NCBI GenBank assembly: GCA_008369845.1
Contig: MRSU01007152.1
Span: forward strand, 1 to 47,791
DNA length: 47,791 nt
From: Trichomonas gallinae
Lineage: Eukaryota
Reading direction: 5' to 3'
Part shown: positions 29,522 to 40,667 of the stretch, one piece after another
Position numbering within the stretch: the first letter of the stretch is position 1
How the letters are laid out: each line of letters starts with the position of its first letter
The notes under the pieces: generated by a model
Told to the model about the DNA's origin: nothing
What the model saw: the letters and a program-made list of their open reading frames with translations, nothing else
Database searches by the model: none
Made by a program: the position numbers and the translations under genes

Positions 29522-30856
29522 ATGTGGTGGAAGAAGTATATAGGAAATCCACACGGCGTTGGTGAACTTAAGCGATCTCAGTTAGAAGATCTCCTCATTG
29601 CTTCATGCGAACAATTCGAAAAAATGCAAAAACAGCAGCACGCTCTCGAAAGTGAAATCAAAGATCTAAGTGTCGAGTCAATTCGTAAGGCAAAAGTCGA
29701 AAGAACATCACACATTCTCCAAAATATGAAAGGTTCCGAGATATGCCCATCGAATTACGCTGCATCTCATCATCGAGCAACTCAACTTGAAGCGCAACTA
29801 TTCCAACTAAAGAACGATTTGGCTATGCTAAATGATACTATATCATATGATGATGAAATTCTGCGCCAAATGGTCACCGCTTACCAGGTTGAGCAACCAG
29901 TGCCTCAACAATCGCTTAAAATCGGCCCATTCAACAACTCAGACCTACGAAAGATTATGTCATTTCTGCAAGAACTACGAAATAGAACAGAAGACCCTGA
30001 TGATATCGACGAATTAACACTTTGCGTAAATTTACTGAACGGAGACTCGCGTTCAGTTGGTAAATTCATGAATAGCATCAGAGAGAACTTCGAAAATACT
30101 CGTGAACACTTTGAAGAAGAAATTGATTCAATAACGAACCAATGTCAGACATATATCAAAAAAACCACCAAATTACGTGAAGCCATGGAGGCCTTATCAA
30201 AACTATCAGAGCAAATCATGCCGCAGATGCCATCAGTAAGAAGAGATTTAATTGCGCGAGTAGAAGCTCTCGGAGACACGCATACGCCATATTTAGCTGC
30301 AGAGAAGAACGTGAAGAAGCTCAGAGAAAGAAGGGAAGAACTAAAGGACGAATGCACCGAATACGCGTCAGGAATGGTCCTGCAGCCTCTAGAAAGCGGT
30401 GATCAGAGGAAAATGCTGGACGAAAGCGTCAAAATCAAAGAAGACATGTTATACAAAGAGATGCAGATAAACGAGCAGAAGCAGAGATCACAGATGCTGC
30501 AGTCTCTCGTGAATTCAGCGCAAGAAGCCTTGAAACAAAGTTACCAGGATATTAAAGACATAGAAGAACAATGCAGGAAAGTCACGGCTGCAACAGACCA
30601 GAAGAACGACAGAATGAAGGAATTAGATGAATTAAGCATGAAATTAAAAGATGTTGAAGTCATACAGACATTATCAACTAAGACAACTGTGGATCAGATC
30701 AATGATTATCTTCTGCAGATGAGAGAAACCGTTGACGAAACTAGAAAGAAGAAACAAGCTTTAAAACTGAGAGTGACAACAATGAGGGATCAAAGCAAGA
30801 GATTCTCAAAGCAAATAAGAGAAATGAGAGACCTTCTGCAAGTCTCGCAATGTTAG
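29522..30856 (+). CDS. Coiled-coil protein, 444 aa
   Basis: Long ORF with heptad-rich E/K/Q/L composition. Confidence 0.85.
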   Translation: MWWKKYIGNPHGVGELKRSQLEDLLIASCEQFEKMQKQQHALESEIKDLSVESIRKAKVERTSHILQNMKGSEICPSNYAASHHRATQLEAQLFQLKNDLAMLNDTISYDDEILRQMVTAYQVEQPVPQQSLKIGPFNNSDLRKIMSFLQELRNRTEDPDDIDELTLCVNLLNGDSRSVGKFMNSIRENFENTREHFEEEIDSITNQCQTYIKKTTKLREAMEALSKLSEQIMPQMPSVRRDLIARVEALGDTHTPYLAAEKNVKKLRERREELKDECTEYASGMVLQPLESGDQRKMLDESVKIKEDMLYKEMQINEQKQRSQMLQSLVNSAQEALKQSYQDIKDIEEQCRKVTAATDQKNDRMKELDELSMKLKDVEVIQTLSTKTTVDQINDYLLQMRETVDETRKKKQALKLRVTTMRDQSKRFSKQIREMRDLLQVSQC

Positions 30857-31073
30857 TTATAAAAATTATGTGTTTATTATGTTTAATCGAAATCCTAGAC
30901 TTATTTTTTCATAAATATCATATATTTAAACTACAAAACCAATATATCCTTTAAACTTGTTATTAAAAACAAATTTCTTCTTATTTTCAGTTTTTGGAAC
31001 ACAATCTCGTGATAATATTATCAATATGTGTGTTTTTGTCGTATTATATTAGTGAAAATATCATAATTCATTA

Positions 31074-32456
31074 ATGTCGAGAGCGAATCTTAAACCATAT
31101 AAAAAAAGTTCGAAATCGACTGATTTAGTTGATGAAATAACAAGTATTTCGATGCCAAATACGCTTTTAAACAATGATATTGAAGAAATAAACGAAGATT
31201 TCGATCAAACAATTTTACAAAAATGCAGCAGTCAAAATATTCACGAGAAAATCGAAGCTATGAGAGCTGTTATTGACAATTTCTCTTCAGTAGCCAACAA
31301 TTGTCCAATTGAATTTATTTTGAATCTTTTAAGCGATTTTACAAGCAATTCTACAGATATACAAGAACTTTCTTTCGAACTTTTGATGCTTTTTTGCCGC
31401 TCAAAACGTTGTATTTCTTTCTTATTGGCAAATGGTCTGTTGCAAGTCATTCAGCAAACGTTTCCACGCGAAGACACTATCAAATTATGCTGCAACATGG
31501 TATTAAATCAAGATGGTCGTAGAGAATTAATGAACTCGCATATATTAAATGCGTTTAATTTGTTATTTACAGAAAATATTACTTCAAATACAATTGTTTC
31601 CATTGCAGTTTTTATGTCTAACTGTATGCAATCTAATTTCATATATCCTGCATTAAATGATGAAGTATTCGCGGTGATGAATAATTTACTTCAGTATGTA
31701 GATAAAATCCATCCACCAGACTTCGTGCAATTTATAACACATGCTTGGAATAATTTTGTATGGGCAAATGACATTTTTGCAAGATATTTTATCAAAAATG
31801 ATTTAATAGACAAATTTATTGAATATTGCAATGCTTATATATCAAATAATGAAGTCTGGGATGCTATATCTGATACTTTAATGATTATAGAAGGTATATT
31901 ATTAATGGATCACAAATTATTAAATTATTTCATGGTACCTTCAATGATGAACCTAGTTTTTGATTCATTCCACAACTTTGATGCACTGCACAGAGCATCG
32001 CATTACTGCTTGATTTCGTTAATTATCAGTATTGATGAAGAATTATCTGATGCTTTCATTTCCAATGGATTTGCTGAGATGATTGTAGAAAAAGCCGATT
32101 ATGATGTTAGACAAATTCTCTCTGCTGTCACATTAGCCATTGATTTCCTGAATAACTCATATAATAACCAAGAGATTTTAATTAGATTAAGAGATCTTGG
32201 ATATTATTTGATGATTGTTGAAAATATCGAGCTTTTAGGACAAAAAGACTTCAAATATGCACTTAATGCATTGCTAACTGTCTCAAAACTGCCACATGAT
32301 GATGGATACATTAAAATGTTGTCTTCTTTCGCAGAAAACAGCAGCTTAATGGATTGGATCGAAGAGCTTAAAGACATAGAGTCATTAGAAGTGGGGTCTC
32401 TAGCACAATTATTAGAAGAAATCATAATATTTTCGCAAAACAACGCCAACTTATGA
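31074..32456 (+). CDS. ARM-type helical repeat protein, 460 aa
   Basis: Leu/Ile-rich helical segments (IQELSFELL..LLANGLL; FISNGF); Inr-like TCATT just upstream of the ATG. Confidence 0.65.
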   Translation: MSRANLKPYKKSSKSTDLVDEITSISMPNTLLNNDIEEINEDFDQTILQKCSSQNIHEKIEAMRAVIDNFSSVANNCPIEFILNLLSDFTSNSTDIQELSFELLMLFCRSKRCISFLLANGLLQVIQQTFPREDTIKLCCNMVLNQDGRRELMNSHILNAFNLLFTENITSNTIVSIAVFMSNCMQSNFIYPALNDEVFAVMNNLLQYVDKIHPPDFVQFITHAWNNFVWANDIFARYFIKNDLIDKFIEYCNAYISNNEVWDAISDTLMIIEGILLMDHKLLNYFMVPSMMNLVFDSFHNFDALHRASHYCLISLIISIDEELSDAFISNGFAEMIVEKADYDVRQILSAVTLAIDFLNNSYNNQEILIRLRDLGYYLMIVENIELLGQKDFKYALNALLTVSKLPHDDGYIKMLSSFAENSSLMDWIEELKDIESLEVGSLAQLLEEIIIFSQNNANL

Positions 32457-32570
32457 GCATCATGATTTTTGTCTGTTTGTTTGTATTGTATAAAAGCTAT
32501 TCATTGAAAAATCGATAAAATTAATTCATAATAAAATTTTTACAAACAAGTTTATAAACAATATAAGTAG

Positions 32571-32744
32571 TTACATAGAGTAGTCGCTGAAGTACAATTC
32601 CTCGTACTCTGAAGCTTCTTTGAAGGCTTGGTCAATATAATTCGAGTTGTGCTTTGGGGATTCGACTTTAACTGTCTCTTGTACCTTGTTGTTATCCTTC
32701 TCGTTGATGTCTACATTGGTTGTATTCTGGGAGTTGTTGGCCAT
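32571..32744 (-). CDS. Putative microprotein, 57 aa
   Basis: ATG at 32744 (MANNSQNTT...EELYFSDYSM), C-ending codon bias, Inr-like TCATT ~20 nt upstream, AT-rich flanks. Confidence 0.5.
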   Translation of the reverse strand: MANNSQNTTNVDINEKDNNKVQETVKVESPKHNSNYIDQAFKEASEYEELYFSDYSM

Positions 32745-33428
32745 TGTCTGCAACGAAAATAATGAACAAGGAAGGAAAAAATCACCTTCACTTTTTGCCT
32801 CTTTGCAGTTTTTGACACCAGTGTCAAAACTCGATTTATTTGTTTAGTATAAGTCCCTGTCCCGTTTTTACCAATATTTTATAACGTGCTTTTGAGAGAT
32901 CTCCTCAAACGTGCTCCTCAGAAAATAAAGTGAAGTTTTTTTCAATATTTCAATGATATAAACATTCATTTTGGACAAAGCATTATCCTATTTTTCATTT
33001 TCGTGAGGTAATGTGATAAGAAAAATAATGATATTTTGACATGTAATTCATAAAATCTGGCATTACTTGTCAAAAGAAAGATTTTTTTTCTCAATGGCAG
33101 AGAATTAGACTAGTCTAATTTGTAAAGCCGCCATAGAGAATCGAATTGACAAGACAAAATCACGAAATACTTTGCATATATAATACATGTATATGGGGCT
33201 TCCAAAGCAGGAAAAAAGTTTTTTCATGTGTAAATACACCTTTTAAGTTATGCGAGAATAACATCAATTTTTTGATGAATGACAACAACCTTGTTCTTTC
33301 GCATTCAGGCAAGCTTGATGTTGCTGTATTGAAATTTAAGGAAAAAGTCATGTCAAAAATTGTCAAGAAAAAAATGCATCAATGAATAAAAAAATTTATA
33401 TCTAAAAAATAACACAAATTTATAAAAG

Positions 33429-35867
33429 TTAGAGAGATTCTAAAAGCTGGACGACCTTCTTTGGAATATTCCTCTTCTTTAGTGCGTCGTTCTTCATGAA
33501 TGTGAGCAACTTCGGGCACTTCTTCGCGACCTCCTCTATCTTCTCTATCGGGAGGCTGTAGATCTTGAACATGTTGATCTTCTCGAATATCTGTATCATC
33601 TTCGGCCAGATGAAGTCGTTGTTGTAGACTCCGTATTTGATGAGGCTCTCGCAGAGTTTCTCGACGTGCTTCGCGTGCTCGCTGTATTCCTCGACAATGA
33701 ACAGCAGCGGTTCGCATATGAGGTCGTAGTTCTTCTTCTGCTGTGCTGACGAAGGCATTGACTTGTTGACGGCGGCGGCAATGATAGGATAATCGATGAC
33801 ATCTTTCTTCCTCATGCAGAAGTCCAGTGCAATGATCTGCTTCTTGTATGGCTTAGCTTCTATTGGCTTCAGAAGCTCGGAAATCAGGTTCACCAATGGA
33901 TTCTTAGCCTGCTTCGAGTGCTTCTGCATGATGTAGATTTCGAAAGCGCGTTTGAGGCCGGAATTCTTCAGCTTGAGGAATGTCGGTATATAGTTGAAGA
34001 ATTCTGTTTCTGTGAGTGTCGGAATGATTGGAATAAGGAATCTTCCATCGTCGGTCTTCTCAAACTGCTCCCTGATGAGTGTCGTCATCTGCGTTGGGAT
34101 CTGGCTGATCTTGGAAAGGTTGTCGAGGATGAAGTGGATGAGTTTGATGTTGTTGTTCGTCTGATTATCGAATAATTTCTTGATGATGTCGACGTTGAAA
34201 CCAATTTGCGGCATCTGCGTAATAAGGTGCGATCTTACTGACTTTTGGACGTTCTCATTCATCTTTTCGTACATTTCTAATAATTTTTGAAGAAGATCAA
34301 CGTTTTCTTTAAGAATTTCGAAGTAAATATTAAGGAATCTCTCAGCACTGGCGGCATCATCTTGAACAGCTCCGTCTTCTAAGCATTTCTTCGCAGAATC
34401 TTCGATTTTTTCAACGAAGAGTCTGCCTGCGTGGAAGTTCTTGATCATAAGGTCAATAGCATTCTTTCTAATTGTTGGATCTGATGAAATGCATAATTTC
34501 AAAATTGCTTCAAGAGAATCTTCTTGGACGAGAGGTGTGTTTTGGACGACATTGGCCATTGCAAAGATGATTGTTCGCGAAACCAAAGCGTTTTTGTCGA
34601 CTTGGTCAGCTAAAACAACAAAGATCGATGGATCGATTGCAGGCAATGATCTTAAGAAGACCAAAATTGCGCTTTCCTTCTCATCATCCTTTTCACTAAT
34701 CTTGGTGCAAATCGCAATAGCAATTTTCTCTGCAATTAAAACATATCTTTCGCGTGGACTTTTAACAAACTCGTAGCCGACCCAATTGATGAGGAATGGA
34801 AGCAATGCACCTAGATCAGCGCTCGCACAGCGAATTGCTGTCTCTGTGCATTTTCCTGTGCATTTCAAATAAGAATCTCCTTCAGATTGATCTGTTGTAC
34901 AAATAATCATAGCGAGGAAGTGCGATTGAACCTTCTGTGATGTGAATTTCATTCTCTGCGTCATCTTTTCGAGGCCCTGTTCGACGATATAAGCTGATGT
35001 TTCAATATTGACTTCATGCATGTCGTAATCAGTTATTTCTTGGTCTGCACGCATAATTTCTTGGATTGTCTGGTTGATTGTTTCAGGAAGCTTGAAATTT
35101 GGGCTTGGATTAATTTTCTTGAAACCATCAATGACGAGATTGAGGACTATCTCTGTAGTATAAGTAACAAGCATGTTCTGGATCTTGAGATGTAAGTCCT
35201 TGGACTTTGCGGGACGAGCTGGGATTGCATTTGTACTTCTTTGAGTTAATTTTGTAGAAACGCCTAAAGCGCTGAAAAGCTTACGTAGATCTTTCTCAAA
35301 TGCCATGAATGCATGGTTTTGATCATTTTTGGCCATAGAAAACCTCAATGCGTGTCTGAGAGAAAGTTTTTTAGATTCGCTGAGTTTTCCTACGATATTG
35401 TTAAGATTATTGATTGTATCAACGAATTCCTTGTTGTCGCCAATCTGAAAACGTACAAATTGGAAGATAGAATCCAAGATAGAAATTAAATAACCAACAT
35501 TTGGAGTTTCTTTGTTGCATTCGTTTTCAAACTGGTCTGTAATGATACTTAAAGCGATATCTACTTGTGTTATGAACTGCTTTTTGGCTAAAATTATTGC
35601 AGAATTTTGGAGAATCATAATAATTAAAATTTTGCAGCGAAGAGGAATCGTATCTGCGTATGAATCTAAGAGTTGTGATAGCTTAGCAAACATTTGGAGG
35701 AATGTGCTTTCATCTATGGCCTTTTCTGGCAATGTTGTCACTGTTTTACCGAGATTTGTGAAAATTAATGACAACTTCGTCCAGTTTACCTCTTGAGCAG
35801 CTCCTTCTTTCTCTATTTTCGTAAGCAAACCTTTCATATCTAAACCAACATTTGATTCTTGAGTCAT
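33429..35867 (-). CDS. Symplekin/Pta1-like polyadenylation scaffold
   Basis: DGRFLIPIIPTLTETEFFNYIPTFLKL ~ symplekin C-domain [27 protein letters not shown], followed by collinear ..IIALDFC..; HEAT-like body; AAAGTGAC directly before the ATG. Confidence 0.75.
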   Translation of the reverse strand: MTQESNVGLDMKGLLTKIEKEGAAQEVNWTKLSLIFTNLGKTVTTLPEKAIDESTFLQMFAKLSQLLDSYADTIPLRCKILIIMILQNSAIILAKKQFITQVDIALSIITDQFENECNKETPNVGYLISILDSIFQFVRFQIGDNKEFVDTINNLNNIVGKLSESKKLSLRHALRFSMAKNDQNHAFMAFEKDLRKLFSALGVSTKLTQRSTNAIPARPAKSKDLHLKIQNMLVTYTTEIVLNLVIDGFKKINPSPNFKLPETINQTIQEIMRADQEITDYDMHEVNIETSAYIVEQGLEKMTQRMKFTSQKVQSHFLAMIICTTDQSEGDSYLKCTGKCTETAIRCASADLGALLPFLINWVGYEFVKSPRERYVLIAEKIAIAICTKISEKDDEKESAILVFLRSLPAIDPSIFVVLADQVDKNALVSRTIIFAMANVVQNTPLVQEDSLEAILKLCISSDPTIRKNAIDLMIKNFHAGRLFVEKIEDSAKKCLEDGAVQDDAASAERFLNIYFEILKENVDLLQKLLEMYEKMNENVQKSVRSHLITQMPQIGFNVDIIKKLFDNQTNNNIKLIHFILDNLSKISQIPTQMTTLIREQFEKTDDGRFLIPIIPTLTETEFFNYIPTFLKLKNSGLKRAFEIYIMQKHSKQAKNPLVNLISELLKPIEAKPYKKQIIALDFCMRKKDVIDYPIIAAAVNKSMPSSAQQKKNYDLICEPLLFIVEEYSEHAKHVEKLCESLIKYGVYNNDFIWPKMIQIFEKINMFKIYSLPIEKIEEVAKKCPKLLTFMKNDALKKRNIPKKVVQLLESL

Positions 35868-36312
35868 TTTGTCACTTTTTTAACAAAACATTTCCTCTTT
35901 TATTCAATTTTTGGATTCTTCTAATCATAAAAATGGATAATAGCAAATAAAAATCGAAAAAGTGTTCAAATTTCCACTAAATCAACGTAATCATGCAAAA
36001 ATATAGTATAAAAATTACATAGAAATTCAATATTGATGTAATCACAATGAAGATTTTTTGATATTTTGAAATTATTTTTGATGAATAAAAATATTAACAA
36101 AATGAACAATTTTTCCATTAGAAAAGTGAAATTTTATTTGATTAGAAATGATTTTTAAATCCTCATAATCAGAATATAAAATAATATTTTTTCATGAATA
36201 TATTTTCGATTGAAGAGGAAAGAATGGGAAAAAATGGCTATTATTTTTGTCAGTTATATATATTACAAAACATATCAAGCACGTAAGTTTTAAATTCAAA
36301 TAAACAAAAAAA

Positions 36313-37845
36313 TTAAGCTGTTGAAAACTCATCACCAAGCAATTCCTGGAGATCTGTTGTCAATGCTGAAATGACCATTTCGAAATCAGAGCCATCACCC
36401 ATATATCTCGATAATTTCACATCTATCTGATTCTCAGAGAAGCAGAGAGCGTCGAATAATATATAGCACTCTGGATCATCCTTTCGTCCGATCAACTGGA
36501 CGTCATTTGGATGGAAGTAGTCGTATCCGTACATCTTCATAACATTTTGAGCGACATACATGAAAGATTCGAGCGGTATTTCAAGAGTGAATTCCTGCTC
36601 TTCCATAGGTGACTCAGAGAGCTTAGAAACTTCCTCAACTGGAACAAAAATCGTTCTATCGACAAGACTGAACATATCTGGCGAGGAAGGAAAGTTACAT
36701 GAATGCTGATGCCTGCGGTAAGGATCAGCAACATGTGAATCGGATAAAGAAATGTTTGTTTCTTGAGGCTGAATCATGAAACTCTCAGGGTCATCAATCT
36801 TTCCGAGATTCGAGTTATGGAGGTCCAGCCACGGGAAAGTACGTAGAGAAACATAGTTCATTAGTTTTGTGTAAAACACTTTTGCCATATTATGTTGAGT
36901 TGATGTTAGTTCAGCTTTAATATCGTCAATGGACTGAAAACCGAGATTCAGTAATACTTTGTAGATACTCTCGTCGATTCCCGAGATATCAATAGGATTA
37001 GGGATATAAGGAAGCGGAATTGGAACAGGAAACTCGTATGCCTCTGGAACGAACATTCTAAACGCTGGATGCTGTTTTATTTGCGGAATTGTTATTCTTT
37101 GCGCAGGATCGACTGTTAAGATATGTTGAATTAAATCTTGTATCGGTGGTTCGAAGTTTGGCATGTAAAACTCGCCTGTCTTGACTTTAGCAAGCAAATT
37201 TCTAATCGATGAGTCGTCAAATGGTAAACTTCCAGATAATAATGTGTACAGGATTACTCCGCTGCTCCAGACATCAGCGCATCTGCCATCATATTTAATA
37301 CCACGAATTACTTCCGGCGATGCGTAATGAGGTGAGCCGCACGATGTTTCAGCAACGTTGGATCTCATCCAGCGAGCGAAACCGAAGTCTCCAATCTTCA
37401 ACTGATTGGCACCGTCGAGAAGAATGTTCTCTGGTTTGAGATCACGATGGCAAAAGCCATGACTATGCAAGTAGTCGAGGCCGTAAATAATTTGCCTGAA
37501 GAAACGCATTCCTTTTTCTGGTGTACACGTTCTCCTTGTTATCAAGTAGTCGAAGAGCTCACCATTCGGCGCGTATTCCATCACAATATAAAGATGACGT
37601 GGTGATTCGAAGAATTCGTTGAGTTTAAGTAAATGCGGGTGATCGAGGAATGACATTAACGCGATTTCACGATGGATTTTCTTGGACATTTCAGGTTTCG
37701 TATCAAGGAAATCTCTTTTTATAATTTTTACGGCATACTTTCGATTGTCAAGTACATTTTGCGCCAGCTTGACCTTCCCAGTCGTGCCACATCCAAGAGT
37801 CTGTCCAAGGACATAGTTTCCGATTTTCTGCTCCTTGGACTCCAT
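36313..37845 (-). CDS. CAMK-group Ser/Thr kinase, BRSK/SAD/Gin4-like, with a UBA-like segment
   Basis: GCGTTGKVKL, AVK, HRDLKPEN, DFG, TSCGSPHYASPE, DVWSSG; IDESIYKVLLNLGF..AKVFY is UBA-like. First ATG at 37845. Confidence 0.92.
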   Translation of the reverse strand: MESKEQKIGNYVLGQTLGCGTTGKVKLAQNVLDNRKYAVKIIKRDFLDTKPEMSKKIHREIALMSFLDHPHLLKLNEFFESPRHLYIVMEYAPNGELFDYLITRRTCTPEKGMRFFRQIIYGLDYLHSHGFCHRDLKPENILLDGANQLKIGDFGFARWMRSNVAETSCGSPHYASPEVIRGIKYDGRCADVWSSGVILYTLLSGSLPFDDSSIRNLLAKVKTGEFYMPNFEPPIQDLIQHILTVDPAQRITIPQIKQHPAFRMFVPEAYEFPVPIPLPYIPNPIDISGIDESIYKVLLNLGFQSIDDIKAELTSTQHNMAKVFYTKLMNYVSLRTFPWLDLHNSNLGKIDDPESFMIQPQETNISLSDSHVADPYRRHQHSCNFPSSPDMFSLVDRTIFVPVEEVSKLSESPMEEQEFTLEIPLESFMYVAQNVMKMYGYDYFHPNDVQLIGRKDDPECYILFDALCFSENQIDVKLSRYMGDGSDFEMVISALTTDLQELLGDEFSTA

Positions 37846-38571
37846 TATCAAAAATTATCGAATTTCTGAGTTGACAGATTCTATACCGTTTATTTCTGAA
37901 ATTGTTTTTTAATTTTCGCCTTTTTGTTATTTAATTTTGATCGTTTTTTAATTTTTTTTAATCCTTTGTCCGCCGTTTTACGCCTATTTACGAAACTGCA
38001 TAAAATTTTGCAAATATTTTCCTAAAAAGTCGAAAAATTGATAATTTATGATAGTTTTTGGATGATTATGATTTATTAGTCATTATAAACATAATGGACA
38101 TAAATTTTTCAGTTATTAATTTTTTTCTGATGCGTAAAATAACCTTTTTGTGTCATTCTTGCCATCTTTCGAAAATCATCACTTACATATGTTTTTAGAT
38201 AGTTTTCAAAAAAGATTTTAAATTTTGTCATTATTTTTTACATGTCAGATACCCAAAGAAAATTGCAAATTTTGCTATGTAAATAAAAAATTACACGACA
38301 TATCCAGATTAGTAGATATTACCGATGCAAAATTTTCAATTTGTCAAAATCTATATTTTAAAAAGGATATAAATATAATATGATTAATTTTTTGTTTTTG
38401 TCATTTTCATTCAATTATTTTTGTTTTGTAAATATTTTATGTGACAAAAATATATTAAATAGCAAAATTTTGGAATAATTGATTTTTCTTTAACCACTTA
38501 GGTTAATGAATACATTTTTAAGTCTAAAATTTTGCAAAATTTTTGGAAGCCACAAAAAATTCAATTTATCA

Positions 38572-40128
38572 ATGTCTGGCAAGAAGAAAGGCGGAAAGAA
38601 GAAAGGAAATGACGGCGGCTTCGGTGCAGCGCTCGTCAACTCCCGTATGAAGCATAGAAAGACGCCAGGTGAAGGAAATCACGGCCCAACTAAATATCTC
38701 GTCGAAGATTCTTACATCGGCCCAGAAGACAGACTCAAATCAAAGACAGATGATTACACACTCGGTGATTTCGTCACTGATGCAGAACTCAACGGCAAAA
38801 CATTCACAGCAATGCGTGGTCAAGTTCGTATAGTCGACAGAGCTCAACTTACAAAGGAGGCTTACCTCGCCCTGCACAGGACACCTGAGCAGATCGAAGC
38901 TGAGGAGCGTCTTAGGCATCGTTTGAGAATTCCTCGCAGACCTCATTGGGATGAAACAACAACGCCAGAAGAACTTCACGAGGCAGAGACAAAGGAACTT
39001 ATAGAATGGCGTCGTGCATTGTCAATTATCGAAGAAGACGGAAATATTACATTATCACCTTTCGAAAAGAACCCAGAAGTCTGGAAAGAGCTTTGGCACG
39101 TCCTTGAGCGTTCTCAAGTAGCTGTCTACATCATTGACGCAAGAGATCCACTTTCATTCTTCTGCGAAGATTTCATTCTTTACATGAACGAGTTGAAGCT
39201 TCCAATCTTGCTTTGCCTTAACAAAGGTGATCTTGTTCCACCACCAATCCGTAGAGAATGGGCTCAATACTTCAGAGAACTTTCAGCAAATCTTCCATTC
39301 CACTTCGAATTCGTTTCAGCCAAGTTCCCAGGTGACGATCTCATCACACCAAAGGAGCTTGTCATGAAAGCTAAGTCTCTCGCCCCAGGACCAGGCAGAG
39401 ATGGAAGAACAACGATTGGCTTCGTTGGTTTTCCAAACGTCGGTAAGTCATCATGCCTCAACTCAGCTGTTGGCCGCCAATGCGTTCGCTCCAGCTCAAC
39501 ACCAGGCAAAACAAAGCATCTTCAAACAATTAACATGGAAGAAGAAGGCATTACACTTTGCGACTGCCCAGGTTTGGTCTTCCCACTCTTCGAACAATCA
39601 CGTGCAGCTATGCTTTGCAACGGTGTCTTGAACATCGACCAGATGACAGATCACATAGGCCCAGCAATGATTATCGCTGAAACACTCCCAGCTAAGGCCT
39701 TCAACCTTCTCTACGGCACACAATTCAAGTCAGAATACGTCGATCATGAGGAGTTATTGGCTGGAATTGCTAAAGTCAAAGGTCTCACGAAAGGACTTGG
39801 TCTTCCAGATGATGCCAGAGCTTGCAGATTCCTTCTCAAGGACTACTGCGATGGCAAGCTCATCCACTGCGAGCTCCCACCAGGCACAAGACTCAAAGCT
39901 ACAGATATCCCAATCAAGCCAGAAGATGTCAAAGCAGAAAACGCTCAGGCAGCTGCTCCGGCAGAGCCAGAACAACCTGCTGCTGCTCCAGAAGAGAATA
40001 AGGAAGTCGAGCTTCCTAATATTGACCTCCCAGATCTCAGCTCTATCCCTGAGAAGAAGGAGAAGAAGCCAATGCAGTATCCTAACCCGAAGAAGCGCGG
40101 CGTTGTCAGAATTACATCATTAGAGTAG
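38572..40128 (+). CDS. LSG1: Large subunit GTPase 1 (circularly permuted GTPase, 60S biogenesis)
   Basis: LRIPRRPHW..WRR.L..LSPFEKNPEVWKELWHVLERS, DARDPL, NKGD, GFPNVGKSS, TPGKTKH, DCPGLVFP. Likely start is MSGKKK at 38572. Confidence 0.9.
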   Translation: MSGKKKGGKKKGNDGGFGAALVNSRMKHRKTPGEGNHGPTKYLVEDSYIGPEDRLKSKTDDYTLGDFVTDAELNGKTFTAMRGQVRIVDRAQLTKEAYLALHRTPEQIEAEERLRHRLRIPRRPHWDETTTPEELHEAETKELIEWRRALSIIEEDGNITLSPFEKNPEVWKELWHVLERSQVAVYIIDARDPLSFFCEDFILYMNELKLPILLCLNKGDLVPPPIRREWAQYFRELSANLPFHFEFVSAKFPGDDLITPKELVMKAKSLAPGPGRDGRTTIGFVGFPNVGKSSCLNSAVGRQCVRSSSTPGKTKHLQTINMEEEGITLCDCPGLVFPLFEQSRAAMLCNGVLNIDQMTDHIGPAMIIAETLPAKAFNLLYGTQFKSEYVDHEELLAGIAKVKGLTKGLGLPDDARACRFLLKDYCDGKLIHCELPPGTRLKATDIPIKPEDVKAENAQAAAPAEPEQPAAAPEENKEVELPNIDLPDLSSIPEKKEKKPMQYPNPKKRGVVRITSLE

Positions 40129-40540
40129 AGTTTTTTTTTTTATAGATTTTTTTATTTATTTATAAAGTGATGCTTTAAAACTTGTTCATGTAGATATCCA
40201 TTTGAATTCAAATTAACAATAAGATACTAGTTTACTTCATGAAATTCAATATTCAACTCAGGATAATACTACAGCAATGACAGAAAATATTTATAGCTTG
40301 ATTAAGTATAGCCTATATTGCAAATATCAGCATGCAAATACTGTGTGTCAGAAATTTAATGAGTAAAAATACTACTAAAACTCTATATAGTCGACTATTT
40401 TTACTATACTAACACAATTCAATTAAATTTTTGAAAAATCTCTGGAAACTGTTTTTAATCAGTGTATATGCTTTTGATGAGTCAGACTCGTTGCAACCAT
40501 TTGAATAATAAAAAAGAATAGAATTATAATGATGAAAATT

Positions 40541-40616
40541 ATGTCATGTAAACATATAAAATATGTCATGTAAACATATAAAATATGTCGTGTAAGATTA
40601 AAATATGACATGTAAT
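40541..40616 (+). repeat. 22-bp tandem repeat ATGTCATGTAAACATATAAAAT (2 exact plus 2 diverged units)
   Basis: Core G at 40543, 40565, 40587, 40607; ends ~50 bp upstream of the 139-aa gene. Confidence 0.85.
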
Positions 40617-40667
40617 ATTATTCGTTAGCCCCTGGATTTTTGTAAAATTCCCTGCGTTAACATTTAA

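Noticed and set aside
32748..32785. GT...polypyrimidine...CAG intron-like sequence on the minus strand
   Set aside because: Lacks the CTAAC branch point fused to the 3' splice site that trichomonad introns use; no upstream exon found.
33379..33802. Overlapping 112-aa and 68-aa same-strand ORFs within the symplekin-like gene
   Set aside because: Explained by locally high GC3 reducing off-frame stops.
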